The notes beneath the pieces were generated by a model. It had not been told where the DNA came from. It saw only the letters and a list, made by a program, of their open reading frames with translations, and did not search any database. Made by a program: the position numbers and the translations under genes. DNA of 64,000 bases, taken from an uncultured delta proteobacterium. GTDB lineage: Bacteria > Desulfobacterota > Binatia > UBA9968. Positions 1 through 9,061 of the stretch are shown here, piece after piece (the first letter of the stretch is position 1; the number at the start of each line of letters is the position of its first letter). The DNA is taken from the NCBI GenBank assembly GCA_963745035.1, contig CAVUVW010000008.1, positions 1 to 64,000 on the forward strand, given 5' to 3'.

Positions 1-1
1 C

Positions 2-250
2 ATGCTCGTCGGCAGCGGCGCTGGCCGCGCCTCGCCGGAAGAACTGTTGCAGTTCAACTTAAGCCAACCGGTCGCCTCGGTAATCATCGGCTGCGAACGG
101 ATCGCGCCGCTCGAACAAAATGTCCACGCCGCGCTGAATTTCATCCCGATCAGCGAAAGCGCCAAGCAGCGCTTACAAGAAAAAGTCGCGCCGTCCCGCT
201 CGGCGTGGGAGAATTTTTTGCGCACGCACGAGGATTCGGTCACCGCTTGA
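2..250 (+). CDS. Aldo/keto reductase family protein, C-terminal fragment (truncated by window start)
   Basis: LQFNLSQPVASVIIGCERIAPLEQNV resembles the AKR C-terminal 'L..P.V.SVI.G.....LE.N' pattern. Confidence 0.6.
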   Translation: MLVGSGAGRASPEELLQFNLSQPVASVIIGCERIAPLEQNVHAALNFIPISESAKQRLQEKVAPSRSAWENFLRTHEDSVTA

Positions 251-259
251 TTGTCACGA

Positions 260-418
260 GGATCTTGGGCTGGTTGCGACAGTAATCGAGCCCGGGGACC
301 GCATAGACACGTTTAGAGCTTAGTGGGCCCGGCTCTCATGGGGTCGTCCAGCGCCACGCCTGCCTTCCGGGTGAAATCCCACGGTCCAGACCCAACAGCG
401 ACATGGGTTGCCAGATCC
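260..418 (-). ncRNA. Candidate structured non-coding RNA (closing stem plus two internally looped hairpins)
   Basis: GGATCT(260-265)/AGATCC(413-418) closing stem; GCTGG/CCAGC, CGAC/GTCG and GAGCCCGGG/CCCGGCTC stems; CCATGTC/GGCGTGG pairs fully only on the minus strand, using two G-U pairs. Confidence 0.4.
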
Positions 419-580
419 ATCGGCGATGACGCGCGAGGGGCGAGGCATCATCGCTTCGCCTGTGGAATTCTTTCGCTCCTTGTTCGCTTATCGGGCAGCC
501 GTGGTCGGCGCTGCGCCTTTTATCGCGGCAGACGCGAAAAATCGTTGCTATTGCGCGCCGCACACCATAGAGTGAAATCC

Positions 581-823
581 ATGAAGAGCAATACAGAACG
601 GTCCCGCTACAAGATTACTGAATCTCACCGCAATCAGACCTTTGTTGGAGTGCTCCGAAGAGACCGCGATACGGACACTTGGACATGGCAGGGCCACATC
701 GACTACACCGACGGGCAAAACTTCGAATTTTCCAGCCAGCGAAGCTTCCTGACCGCCATCGAAGCGGAAGACTACCTGCGCCGCTTTGCGTGCGCGCGTA
801 TCGACAACAAGTTAAACCAGTAG
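581..823 (+). CDS. Small hypothetical protein (80 aa)
   Basis: ATG at 581 within ORF 323-823; protein-like composition (WTWQGHIDY...AEDYLRRFA); promoter-like TTGCTA...TAGAGT just upstream. Confidence 0.6.
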   Translation: MKSNTERSRYKITESHRNQTFVGVLRRDRDTDTWTWQGHIDYTDGQNFEFSSQRSFLTAIEAEDYLRRFACARIDNKLNQ

Positions 824-871
824 CCTGGTTTCTGCTTTTGATTCTTCCCCGTCCGGAGACTCCGTCAGAAA

Positions 872-1104
872 TGTCATTCTGAGGCCCTTCGTCACGCTAG
901 ACTGTGTGAAAACACCGTTCATGGTTCGACCAGCTCACCACGAGCGGTGTGGGGCTCATCAGAGACCGCCTACTTATCCGCTCACCTGACATCGTCGAAG
1001 GGTTTCAAGGGAGTTTTCAGACAGTCTGTCGCTCAGGATAAACTTCGCCGAAGAATCTGCTTTTCCTCACCGTCAGAAAAGCAGATGCTTCGCTTTTGCT
1101 CAGC
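872..1104. mobile_element. Nested palindromic repeat with an internal MITE-like element (15-bp inverted ends at 899-913 and 1013-1027)
   Basis: AGACTGTGTGAAAAC / GTTTTCAGACAGTCT (1 mismatch) interrupts a TGTCATTCTGAG-family repeat; an uninterrupted relative lies at 47968-48073. Confidence 0.55.
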
Positions 1105-1115
1105 CAAAATTAACG

Positions 1116-2159
1116 CTAACGCGGCGGCAGCGGGCCTGCCTCGGCGAGCGTTTTATAGAGCGTGATGACCTCGGGGTCGCGCGGCAGATCCCGGATCGCC
1201 TTCTCGACTTCCTCGCCCGTAAGGGGCGTCGGCTCGCGCCCCATGAGTTTTTTGAACTCCTGCTGGAAGCCGGGGTCCTTGAAGGTCTTCGCCATCGCCT
1301 CGCGCAGTATTTTGACGATCTCCGGCGGGGTGTTCGGCGGCAAATGGTGCGGCCAGCGCGGCACCTGAAAGGCGCGCAGCAGATTCACCACATTGCGCTC
1401 CTTGTCGTTCTTGGCGAAGGTGTCGATGTCGGCAAGCCCCGGCAGCCGCGGATCGAATCGCCCCTTCGGATTTGAAATCGTCGCGTGAAATTGCACTCCG
1501 CCGCCGAGATCCTTGAGCACGCTGTCGATGTTGCCGCTGGTTCGGCCGTCGAGCTCGCCGTTGTTCAGCGCGACGTCCATTTCCGGGTCGTTGAAGCCGA
1601 CCACGAACTTGGGGTCCTTGAAGTCGAGGAAATAGGCGAACATGCGCGCCGTCACGTAGACCGAATGGCCGACCGAATGGGCGCCGATGCGCAGGCCGCG
1701 CGCGCTACGGACTTTGTCGAGGCTGTCGAAGGCGGCGGCCTTGCGGGTGAAAAACGCGTACGGATTGCCGGTCTCCGTCGAGCCGATGTAGATAAACTTG
1801 TCGATGTCGTAGTTGCTGCCCGGCAAACCCAGCACCGGTCCGGGAATCATCGCTCCCGCCGAGCCGATCTTCAGGCCGTCGGGTTTGGCGGTGTACATGT
1901 AGTTGGCGCCTTTTCGGCCCGAGGCGCCGTCCATAAATTCCATGGTGATCGTCGGATTGCCGGGAATGTATTTTTTCAGATAGGGCATCAGGGCGCGTGA
2001 CTGGAACTCGCCCGAACCGCCCGCACCGCCGCCGCGCACGATCGTGATCGTTTTGCCCGCATAGTAGGGCGTCTGCGCCAAAGCCGGGATCGCGCTTCCC
2101 GCGACGAAAAAGACACCGAAGGCAAAGACCGCGACTGCGTTTCGTTTTCTCAAGCGCAC
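1116..2159 (-). CDS. Tripartite tricarboxylate transporter substrate-binding protein (Bug/TctC family)
   Basis: Signal peptide, YYAGKTITIV..GG.GG, IPGNPTI, AKPDGL, PPNTP motifs. Confidence 0.85.
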   Translation of the reverse strand: MRLRKRNAVAVFAFGVFFVAGSAIPALAQTPYYAGKTITIVRGGGAGGSGEFQSRALMPYLKKYIPGNPTITMEFMDGASGRKGANYMYTAKPDGLKIGSAGAMIPGPVLGLPGSNYDIDKFIYIGSTETGNPYAFFTRKAAAFDSLDKVRSARGLRIGAHSVGHSVYVTARMFAYFLDFKDPKFVVGFNDPEMDVALNNGELDGRTSGNIDSVLKDLGGGVQFHATISNPKGRFDPRLPGLADIDTFAKNDKERNVVNLLRAFQVPRWPHHLPPNTPPEIVKILREAMAKTFKDPGFQQEFKKLMGREPTPLTGEEVEKAIRDLPRDPEVITLYKTLAEAGPLPPR

Positions 2160-2298
2160 ATGTTCACCTCCACAGGGATCGAGGGCACGGCCCGTGTTTA
2201 TGTCACAGCGGAGGAATTTCCGTCAAGCGGCGCGCAATCGAATCTTCATCCTCGCCGTTTGGATTGAACGATGCGGGAGGCTAAAATTGATTATTCCC

Positions 2299-3810
2299 AT
2301 GCGATCCGTTTACGTCGGCGCCGCCGCCATGACCAAGTTCGGTAAAGATCCGCGTCCGCTCGCGGCCATCGTGCGCGAGGCCGCCGAACAGGCGCTCGCC
2401 GGCGCCCGCCTCGACGACATCGACGCGCTCTATATCGGCGCGATGAATCCCGAAGAGTTCACCGGCGATAGCAACCTGGCTTCGCAGATCGCCGATGCGC
2501 TCGGCTTCACCGGCGTCCCCGCGGCGCGCATCGAAACCGCCTCATCGGCCGGCGCCGCGGCGCTCATGGCCGGCTTCCAGGCGATCGCCTCGGGATACTA
2601 CCGCCGCGTGCTCGTGCTGGCGGGCGAAAAGATGGCCCATCTCAGCACCAGCGCGACCACGCGCATCCTCGCCGAAGTGATCGACAAGCGCGAGCGGCTG
2701 TGCGGCGCGACCATGCCGGCGCTGGCGGCGATGATCACGGAAAAGTACCGGCAAAGGTATCGCCTCTCGCAATCGCGTCTGGCGAGCATGCTTTGCGCCG
2801 TGGCGCTCAAAAACCACCGCAACGGCGCCGCCAATCCACTCGCTCAATTTCAACGCGCGATCACGCGAGCGGATTACTTTGCCAGCAAATGGGTGGCTAC
2901 GCCGCTGCGTTTGTATGACTGCGCGCCGATTACCGACGGGGCCGCGGCCATCGTTCTTACCAGCGACAAGACCGACGTGAGGCTCGCCGGCGTGGGCCAA
3001 GGCACGGGCCCGGTCAGTCTGCAGGACCGCGACGTCTTTACTTCGTTTCCAGCCACGCAGATTGCCGCGCGACGCGCTTACCAAATGGCCGGCACCGGCC
3101 CCAAAGGCATTGAGCTCGCCGAGATTCACGACGCGTTCACGCCGTTTGAGATTATCACCAGCGAGGATTTGGGCTTTTTTCCGCCGGGCAAAGGCGGCGA
3201 TGCCGTGCTCGACGGCAAGACCGCGCTCGACGGCGCTCTGCCGATCAATCCTTCCGGCGGCTTGAAGGCGCGCGGCCATCCGGTGGGCGCGAGCGGCCTG
3301 GCGCAGGTGGTCGACGTGACCCGCCGGCTTACCGGACAAACAACTTCGAAACGCGAGTTCCGGCGCGGCCTGACGCAAAGCACCGGCGGCCTCGCCACCA
3401 ATAATTTCGTGACGATCCTGGAGCGGCCGAGCGCTCCGCTGGTGCAGAGCTTGTGGGAACCGGCGCCGACGGCGACCGGTAACCAAAAGAAAAATCTCGC
3501 CGAGCCGCCGGACAGCGCCGAGGGCGCGATCGAGACCTTCACCGTCGTTCACGTCACGCCGGACGGCTTCCTGGCGCCGCTCGCGTTGGCGCTTATCCGG
3601 ATGCGCGACGGCAAGCTCGTGATGGCCCAGGGCGAGGACGATATCCAGCTCAAGATCGGCCAAGAGGTCTATGTCCGGCGCATGGACGGCGTTCACTTGT
3701 TCACCGTGAAGAGCCAGTTAAGAAAAGTGCAGGAAGCGTTCGCCCGGCTCTGGCGCCGTCGCGCCACCGCCGAGGCGGACAAAGACGACCGACCGGAGGG
3801 AATCCATTGA
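2299..3810 (+). CDS. Thiolase-fold protein (SCP2/Ltp2-like) with C-terminal OB-fold (DUF35-like) domain
   Basis: MTKFG, DCAPITDGAAA, EIHDAF, NPSGGLKARGHPVGASG; C-terminal GAIETFTVVHV.P.GF.AP..LALIR...LKIGQEV. Confidence 0.8.
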   Translation: MRSVYVGAAAMTKFGKDPRPLAAIVREAAEQALAGARLDDIDALYIGAMNPEEFTGDSNLASQIADALGFTGVPAARIETASSAGAAALMAGFQAIASGYYRRVLVLAGEKMAHLSTSATTRILAEVIDKRERLCGATMPALAAMITEKYRQRYRLSQSRLASMLCAVALKNHRNGAANPLAQFQRAITRADYFASKWVATPLRLYDCAPITDGAAAIVLTSDKTDVRLAGVGQGTGPVSLQDRDVFTSFPATQIAARRAYQMAGTGPKGIELAEIHDAFTPFEIITSEDLGFFPPGKGGDAVLDGKTALDGALPINPSGGLKARGHPVGASGLAQVVDVTRRLTGQTTSKREFRRGLTQSTGGLATNNFVTILERPSAPLVQSLWEPAPTATGNQKKNLAEPPDSAEGAIETFTVVHVTPDGFLAPLALALIRMRDGKLVMAQGEDDIQLKIGQEVYVRRMDGVHLFTVKSQLRKVQEAFARLWRRRATAEADKDDRPEGIH

Positions 3811-4493
3811 TTTTAGGACGGGGCGCCTCACGCGCGCAAAAACGCTTCAAGTCGCTCACCAAGCTGCTCGTCGAAAAGCTCAAGGAAGCCATCGTCGAGG
3901 GCAAGCTCGCGCCCGGCGAGCCGCTCGCGGAGGCGCAGCTCGCCGCTTCGCTGAAAGTCGGCCCGGCCGCGCTGCGCGAGGCGCTGCGCAAGCTGGAAAG
4001 TCAAGGCTTCGTCACCTTTCGCCCCGATAACGAAGTGGTTGTCAGCAAACCGAGCCGCGAGGAGATCGAGGATCACTACGCCATCGCCGGCGCCCTGGAA
4101 GGACTGGCGGCGCGTCTTGCCGTCGAGCGCGCGCAGCCCGGCGAAGTCGAGCGCCTGCGCGAGCTGCACCAGGCGCTCAAGGAAGCCTGTCAGAAGCGCG
4201 ACGTGGTCCGCTATTTCGACGCGCGCACCGAGTTTCATCGCCTGATCGCGGATATCGCTCGCAACGAGCGGCTTTATCGCCTGATCGAGCAACTGCGCCA
4301 GGACCTGCAAAAGACCCGCGCGCTTTCGCTCCGCCTGCCCCAGCGGCTCGACTATTCGATGCGCGAGCATGATCAGATTCTCGACGCATTCGTCAAAAGA
4401 AATCCCGATCTTGCCGCGGCGGCGATGGCGCGGCATCTGAACAATCAAGTGGAGTTTTTAAAAAGCGAGGCCGTGAAAGGAGCCAAGCCATGA
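3807..4493 (+). CDS. GntR family (FCD) transcriptional regulator
   Basis: LKEAIVEGKLAPGEPL.E..LA..L.V....LREAL..LESQG HTH; EHDQILDA FCD motif; overlaps thiolase stop. Confidence 0.9.
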   Translation: MILGRGASRAQKRFKSLTKLLVEKLKEAIVEGKLAPGEPLAEAQLAASLKVGPAALREALRKLESQGFVTFRPDNEVVVSKPSREEIEDHYAIAGALEGLAARLAVERAQPGEVERLRELHQALKEACQKRDVVRYFDARTEFHRLIADIARNERLYRLIEQLRQDLQKTRALSLRLPQRLDYSMREHDQILDAFVKRNPDLAAAAMARHLNNQVEFLKSEAVKGAKP

Positions 4494-4948
4494 GCGATAA
4501 AGAAAACCGCAAAGCGCGCGCGTTGGGGATCAATCACGTCGTGCTCGAGGTCGACGACCTCGACCAGGCGTTGGAATTCTACGGCCTGCTCTTCGAATTC
4601 ACCCTGCGCGGCAGGAGCGATCACAACGCGTTCATCGATCTCGGCGATCAATTCATCCAGCTTACCTTGGGACGATCGCAGAGCGCCGACACCAAGCGCC
4701 ATTTCGGGCTCGTGGTCGACGACCGTGAAGCGGTCAAGGGCGCAATGGCGCGGCTCGGCATCCAAAGCATCAACGACCGCCTGAACATTCTCGATCCGTG
4801 GGGCAACCGCGTCGAGGTCGTGCCTTACGACGATTGTCAGTTCACCAAAGTTCCGCAGGTGCTGAGCGGCATGGGCGTGGCGCCGATCGAAAAGACCGCT
4901 GACGTCATTGAAGAGCTGAGAAAAAAAGGAATGGCGCCGCAGGCATGA
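4490..4948 (+). CDS. VOC (glyoxalase/bleomycin resistance/dioxygenase) family protein
   Basis: GINHVVLEVDDL...FYG, HFGLVVDD, DPWGNRVEV. Confidence 0.85.
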   Translation: MSDKENRKARALGINHVVLEVDDLDQALEFYGLLFEFTLRGRSDHNAFIDLGDQFIQLTLGRSQSADTKRHFGLVVDDREAVKGAMARLGIQSINDRLNILDPWGNRVEVVPYDDCQFTKVPQVLSGMGVAPIEKTADVIEELRKKGMAPQA

Positions 4949-5007
4949 GGAAATCTAGAGGGGTTTAAACGTTTGGAACGATTGGAACCCATGAGCTTTC
5001 CTCCCTC

Positions 5008-5916
5008 GTGAGCTCAAATATAGGCGCACCGCGCGCTGCGCCGCTGGCGATCTGGTCCGCGCTCGCCGCCGTCTACATCATTTGGGGCTCGACCTATCTC
5101 GCGATCAGGTTCACGGTAGAAACCGCGCCGCCGTTCTTGTCGGCGGCGGCGCGCTTCGTTATTTCCGGCGGATGCTTGTACCTGTGGCGCCGGCTCGCCG
5201 GCGATCCGCGCCCGACCCGCGAGCAATGGCGCAATGCTTCGATCATCGGGATTTTTTTACTCGTCGGCGGCAACGGCGGCGTGGTCTGGGCGGCGCAATT
5301 CATTCCGTCGAGCCTCGCCGCGCTGCTCGTCGCGACCGTCCCGCTGTGGATGATTTTGTTCGATGCCGTACGCCACGGCGACAAGCCCAACCGCGCGGCG
5401 CTCGTCGGCATCCTGATCGGCTTTTGCGGCGCGGCGCTGCTGGTGGGCTGGACAGCCGATCAAGCGAGCGTCGAGCATTTGCACGGTGCCGTCGCAGTCT
5501 TGGTCGCGTCGTGCCTGTGGGCCATCGGCTCGATCTACGGCAAGACCGCCAACCTTCCCGCCTCGGCGCTGGTGACCACCGGCATAGAGATGCTCGTCGG
5601 CGGCGTAGTGCAAATCTTCGTCGCCTACATATTCGATGAATTTGCCGGCTTTGATCTAGGCGCGATCTCCTCCCGCTCCGCCTGGGCTTGGGCCTACCTG
5701 ACGGCCATCGGTCCAGTGGCGTTCGTCGCCTACGCCTGGCTGCTGCGCGCCGCGCCGATCCCGCTCGTCGCGACGTATTCCTATGTCAATCCGCTGGTCG
5801 CCATTATGCTCGGCTATTTTCTCGGCAACGAGATTTTGACCCCGCGCATTCTCGTGGCCGCGGGCCTCATCATCGGCTCGGTGGTTCTCGTCAGCGCGCC
5901 GCGGCGACCGCGCTGA
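5008..5916 (+). CDS. EamA/DMT family transporter (YedA-like)
   Basis: VYIIWGSTYLAIR...PPFL..ARF; YSYVNPLVA; about 10 TM segments. Confidence 0.9.
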   Translation: MSSNIGAPRAAPLAIWSALAAVYIIWGSTYLAIRFTVETAPPFLSAAARFVISGGCLYLWRRLAGDPRPTREQWRNASIIGIFLLVGGNGGVVWAAQFIPSSLAALLVATVPLWMILFDAVRHGDKPNRAALVGILIGFCGAALLVGWTADQASVEHLHGAVAVLVASCLWAIGSIYGKTANLPASALVTTGIEMLVGGVVQIFVAYIFDEFAGFDLGAISSRSAWAWAYLTAIGPVAFVAYAWLLRAAPIPLVATYSYVNPLVAIMLGYFLGNEILTPRILVAAGLIIGSVVLVSAPRRPR

Positions 5917-6048
5917 CGGAATCATGGCCGGCGAATTCGCCGAACGGCGCAAACACTGCAACGACTCACGCTCTTATGCGTGCTGCGATTTCCTTGCCGC
6001 AAGAATTTCTCGGTGTTAAGAGAAAGACATCGACGATTGGAGGATGTG

Positions 6049-6654
6049 ATGCCCATCAAACTTTATGATGCCGTGCCATCGTCAAACAGCGATCGGGTGA
6101 AGATCGCCCTGCATGAAAAAGGTCTGTCCTACGATCGGACGACGCTCGTGCTCGCGAAGAGAGATCAAAAGCAGCCTGAGTTTCTCAAGCTCAATCCCTA
6201 CGGCAAGGTGCCGGTCATCGACGATGACGGACGAATTCTCTTCGAGTCTTGCATCATCAACGAATACCTCGACGAAAAATATCCCGACCCGCCGCTGATG
6301 CCAAAAGACCCGCACCTGCGCGGCCGCGGCCGGGTTTTGATTGACTACGGTCTCAACTACATGCACGAACCCTACTGGGCGCTGCGCGCCGAAATGCTCA
6401 AGCCGGCCGGCGAGCGCAATCATGCGGTCGCAGGAGAAAAGCAGCGGGAGCTGAGAGGGCTGATGCAATATCTCGAAGCGGATTTGGGCGAGAAACCGTA
6501 TTTTCTCGGCGAATTCAGCCTGACCGATATCGCCATCGTGCCGCGCGCGCTGCGCATGGAAACGTACGGCGCGCTGCCGGCGCCATCCCTGCCGCGCCTA
6601 AACGCCTGGCTCGAGCGCATGAAAGCGCGGCCGTCGGTGAAGCAGATTCTGTAA
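6049..6654 (+). CDS. Glutathione S-transferase family protein
   Basis: FLKLNPYGKVPV, LFESCIINEYLDE, YFLGEFSLTDI; GGAG RBS before ATG 6049. Confidence 0.92.
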   Translation: MPIKLYDAVPSSNSDRVKIALHEKGLSYDRTTLVLAKRDQKQPEFLKLNPYGKVPVIDDDGRILFESCIINEYLDEKYPDPPLMPKDPHLRGRGRVLIDYGLNYMHEPYWALRAEMLKPAGERNHAVAGEKQRELRGLMQYLEADLGEKPYFLGEFSLTDIAIVPRALRMETYGALPAPSLPRLNAWLERMKARPSVKQIL

Positions 6655-6713
6655 CCGATCAGTTAGCCACAGCAAGCTGCAACGTCGAACCACGCCTGCA
6701 CGAATCCGAGGCC

Positions 6714-6790
6714 CGTCACCGCGGAATGCTTTTGTCGGGGTCCAGTTCCGATTCGCCCGGACTCCCGCTACGCGCATGGGGGAATGACGG
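6714..6790. repeat. REP-like palindrome, CGTCA...GGGAATGACG family
   Basis: Related copies at ~30596-30672 and ~54351-54428; lies between convergent genes. Confidence 0.55.
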
Positions 6791-6827
6791 ACTAAGACAC
6801 GACCTTGAGAAAACTATTTCGATCGAT

Positions 6828-7850
6828 CTATCTCAAAATCTCTTTGAGCTTCGCGACCACGGTCGGCGGCGTCTTGAACAGACTGTGAATGGCTTTCTCT
6901 ATCTCCTCGCCGGATGCAGGCGCAATCTCCAGGTTCGCCTTGCCCGCATCGGCGAGAAAATCCGGATCTTTGACCGTCTGTAAAAAAGCGCCGCGCAAGA
7001 CCTGAACACGATCCTTCGGCGTGCCGGGTGGCAGCGAATAACCATACGTCATCGCGCTCGGTTGGTGAACGCCGGCCTCGATGAGCTGGCGCGCCTCCGG
7101 CGTCTTGGCAAAGCCTAAGGTCAGGGGAACTTTCGGGAGATCGGGATGAGCCTTCGGCGCGCTTTGCAACAAAATCGAAACCAGATTGGATTCGATCGCT
7201 TTGCGCCAAGTCGTGCGCACTGACACCCAAGAGAAACCGCACAAGCCGTCTACTTCCCCGGACTCGACCGCGACCCGCATATCGGCGGTTCCTTTGTAGC
7301 CGGAGATCAAACGCATCGGCAATCCGATCGCCTCTTTGAGAACCTTGGCGACATCGTCCGTAGTCGAACCCGGCGCGCTGCCTGCGAGCTTGAAAACGGT
7401 CTTCGAAGCGAGCCACTGCTCCGCACTGGCAATCCCGGTTTTCTGGCTGAGCAAGCAGAGATCATGGTTGTAACCCGGCGCCCCGATCCATTGCATCTTG
7501 CGCGCGTCGAACTCGATGCCCTGTCCGCCCACCAATTGCGCGAGAATCTGATTGCCGTTGAACGCCCCGATGGTGAGGCCGTCGGGCTTCGCCACTTTGT
7601 AGATGTGATTCGCCGCGATCAGACTCCCGGCGCCGGTCATGTTTTCGACAATCACGGTGGGATTGCCGGGCACGTACTTGCCCATGTAGCGCGACACGGT
7701 GCGGGCGAACGTATCGAATCCGCCGCCGGCCGAAAAACCGACAACGATGCGAATCACCTTGCTTTTAAAGAATTCATCTCCCGACGCCGCGAAAGCGGCC
7801 GTCGCTGTCAAGACGTAAAGTAAAATTGCGAGCACGAAAGCTTTCCTCAT
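6828..7850 (-). CDS. Bug/TctC family substrate-binding protein
   Basis: Start MRKAFVLAILL with GGAGG RBS; VGFSAGGGFD, VPGNPTVIVENMTGAGS, KPDGLT. Confidence 0.88.
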   Translation of the reverse strand: MRKAFVLAILLYVLTATAAFAASGDEFFKSKVIRIVVGFSAGGGFDTFARTVSRYMGKYVPGNPTVIVENMTGAGSLIAANHIYKVAKPDGLTIGAFNGNQILAQLVGGQGIEFDARKMQWIGAPGYNHDLCLLSQKTGIASAEQWLASKTVFKLAGSAPGSTTDDVAKVLKEAIGLPMRLISGYKGTADMRVAVESGEVDGLCGFSWVSVRTTWRKAIESNLVSILLQSAPKAHPDLPKVPLTLGFAKTPEARQLIEAGVHQPSAMTYGYSLPPGTPKDRVQVLRGAFLQTVKDPDFLADAGKANLEIAPASGEEIEKAIHSLFKTPPTVVAKLKEILR

Positions 7851-8003
7851 AGACCAAACCTCCTTTCCGGAACGAGGTGACCGAGCGAACACTACGCGAA
7901 ATGCGCCAGATACGTCAACGCAATTCGCTCCGCGGCTCGCCACCAATAGCGTTGACAACCAGCCTCCGTTGCCTGTATTCACCCGATTCGGGAGGTGCTC
8001 GCC

Positions 8004-9023
8004 ATGATGACAAGAATCATGCTTGCGATTTTCGCACTCGCACTGATCGCGCCAAGCTCGAGCTACGCCCAGGATTTTTATCGAGGCAAAACTGTGCGCA
8101 TCATCGTCGGCGGCAGCGCCGGCGGCGGCTTCGATACTTATTCTCGGGTGATGGCGCGCCATATGGGCCGGCATATTCCCGGCAACCCAGCCCTGCTGGT
8201 CGAAAACATGACCGGCGCGGGCACGTTGATCGCCGCAAAATACTTGCACAGCAACGCCAAGCCCGACGGCCTTACATTCGGCATTTTCAACGGCGGGCTG
8301 ATTCTCGGGCGGGTGCTGGGCATGAAGGGCATCGACTTCGATGTGCGCGAGCTGCAGTACATCGGCGTGCCGGTGCAGGACAGCACGGTTTGCGCGCTGC
8401 GCAAAGAAAGCGGTGTCAGCAGTGTCGACCAGTGGTTCGCGTCGAAGTCGCCGCTCAAGCTCGGCGGTCTCAGTCCGGGGAACAGCGTGAGCGACGTACC
8501 GCGCACGGTCAACGCCGCTCTTAACCTTCCGCTCCAAGTTGTCGACGGCTACAAAGGCACGGCCGAGGTGCGCATGGCCGCCGACGCCGGCGAGCTGCAG
8601 GGCGCCTGCTGGGCATGGGAGTCCATGCGGGTGAACTGGGCAAACGCACTGAAGAGCGGAGACACCAAGGTCGTTCTCCAGGTCGCTAACAAGAAAATAC
8701 ACGACTTGGTCAACGTTCCTCAGGCGCTCGAGCTGGCCAAGACCGACGAGGCGCGCCTGCTCTTGAAAGCCGGCGCCATCGATCCCGCCGCCATCGTACG
8801 CGTCTACGTTACCTCGCCGCGCACGCCCAAAGACCGTGTGCAGATCCTGCGCGATGCCTTTGCGCGCACTCTCACGGATCCGGAATTCGTGGCCGAAACC
8901 AAAAAGATCAACCTCGACGTCAATCCCTTGAGCGGCGAAGAGGTCAAAAAAATTGTCGACGACTTGTTTAAATTGCCGGCGCCGACGGTTGCCAAGCTGT
9001 CCGCCGTTCTCGCCGGAAAGTAA
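8004..9023 (+). CDS. Bug/TctC family substrate-binding protein (divergent paralog of 6828-7850)
   Basis: Signal peptide; GGSAGGGFD, IPGNP..VENMTGAG, GYKGTAE. Confidence 0.88.
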   Translation: MMTRIMLAIFALALIAPSSSYAQDFYRGKTVRIIVGGSAGGGFDTYSRVMARHMGRHIPGNPALLVENMTGAGTLIAAKYLHSNAKPDGLTFGIFNGGLILGRVLGMKGIDFDVRELQYIGVPVQDSTVCALRKESGVSSVDQWFASKSPLKLGGLSPGNSVSDVPRTVNAALNLPLQVVDGYKGTAEVRMAADAGELQGACWAWESMRVNWANALKSGDTKVVLQVANKKIHDLVNVPQALELAKTDEARLLLKAGAIDPAAIVRVYVTSPRTPKDRVQILRDAFARTLTDPEFVAETKKINLDVNPLSGEEVKKIVDDLFKLPAPTVAKLSAVLAGK

Positions 9024-9061
9024 TCAAACCGAGAACTTCTTTTGATATTCGGAGACCTTCG

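Noticed and set aside
7851-8702. N-terminal extension making ORF 6828-8702 a 624-aa protein
   Set aside because: It is the antisense shadow of the divergent TctC gene; the real start is 7850 with RBS and signal peptide
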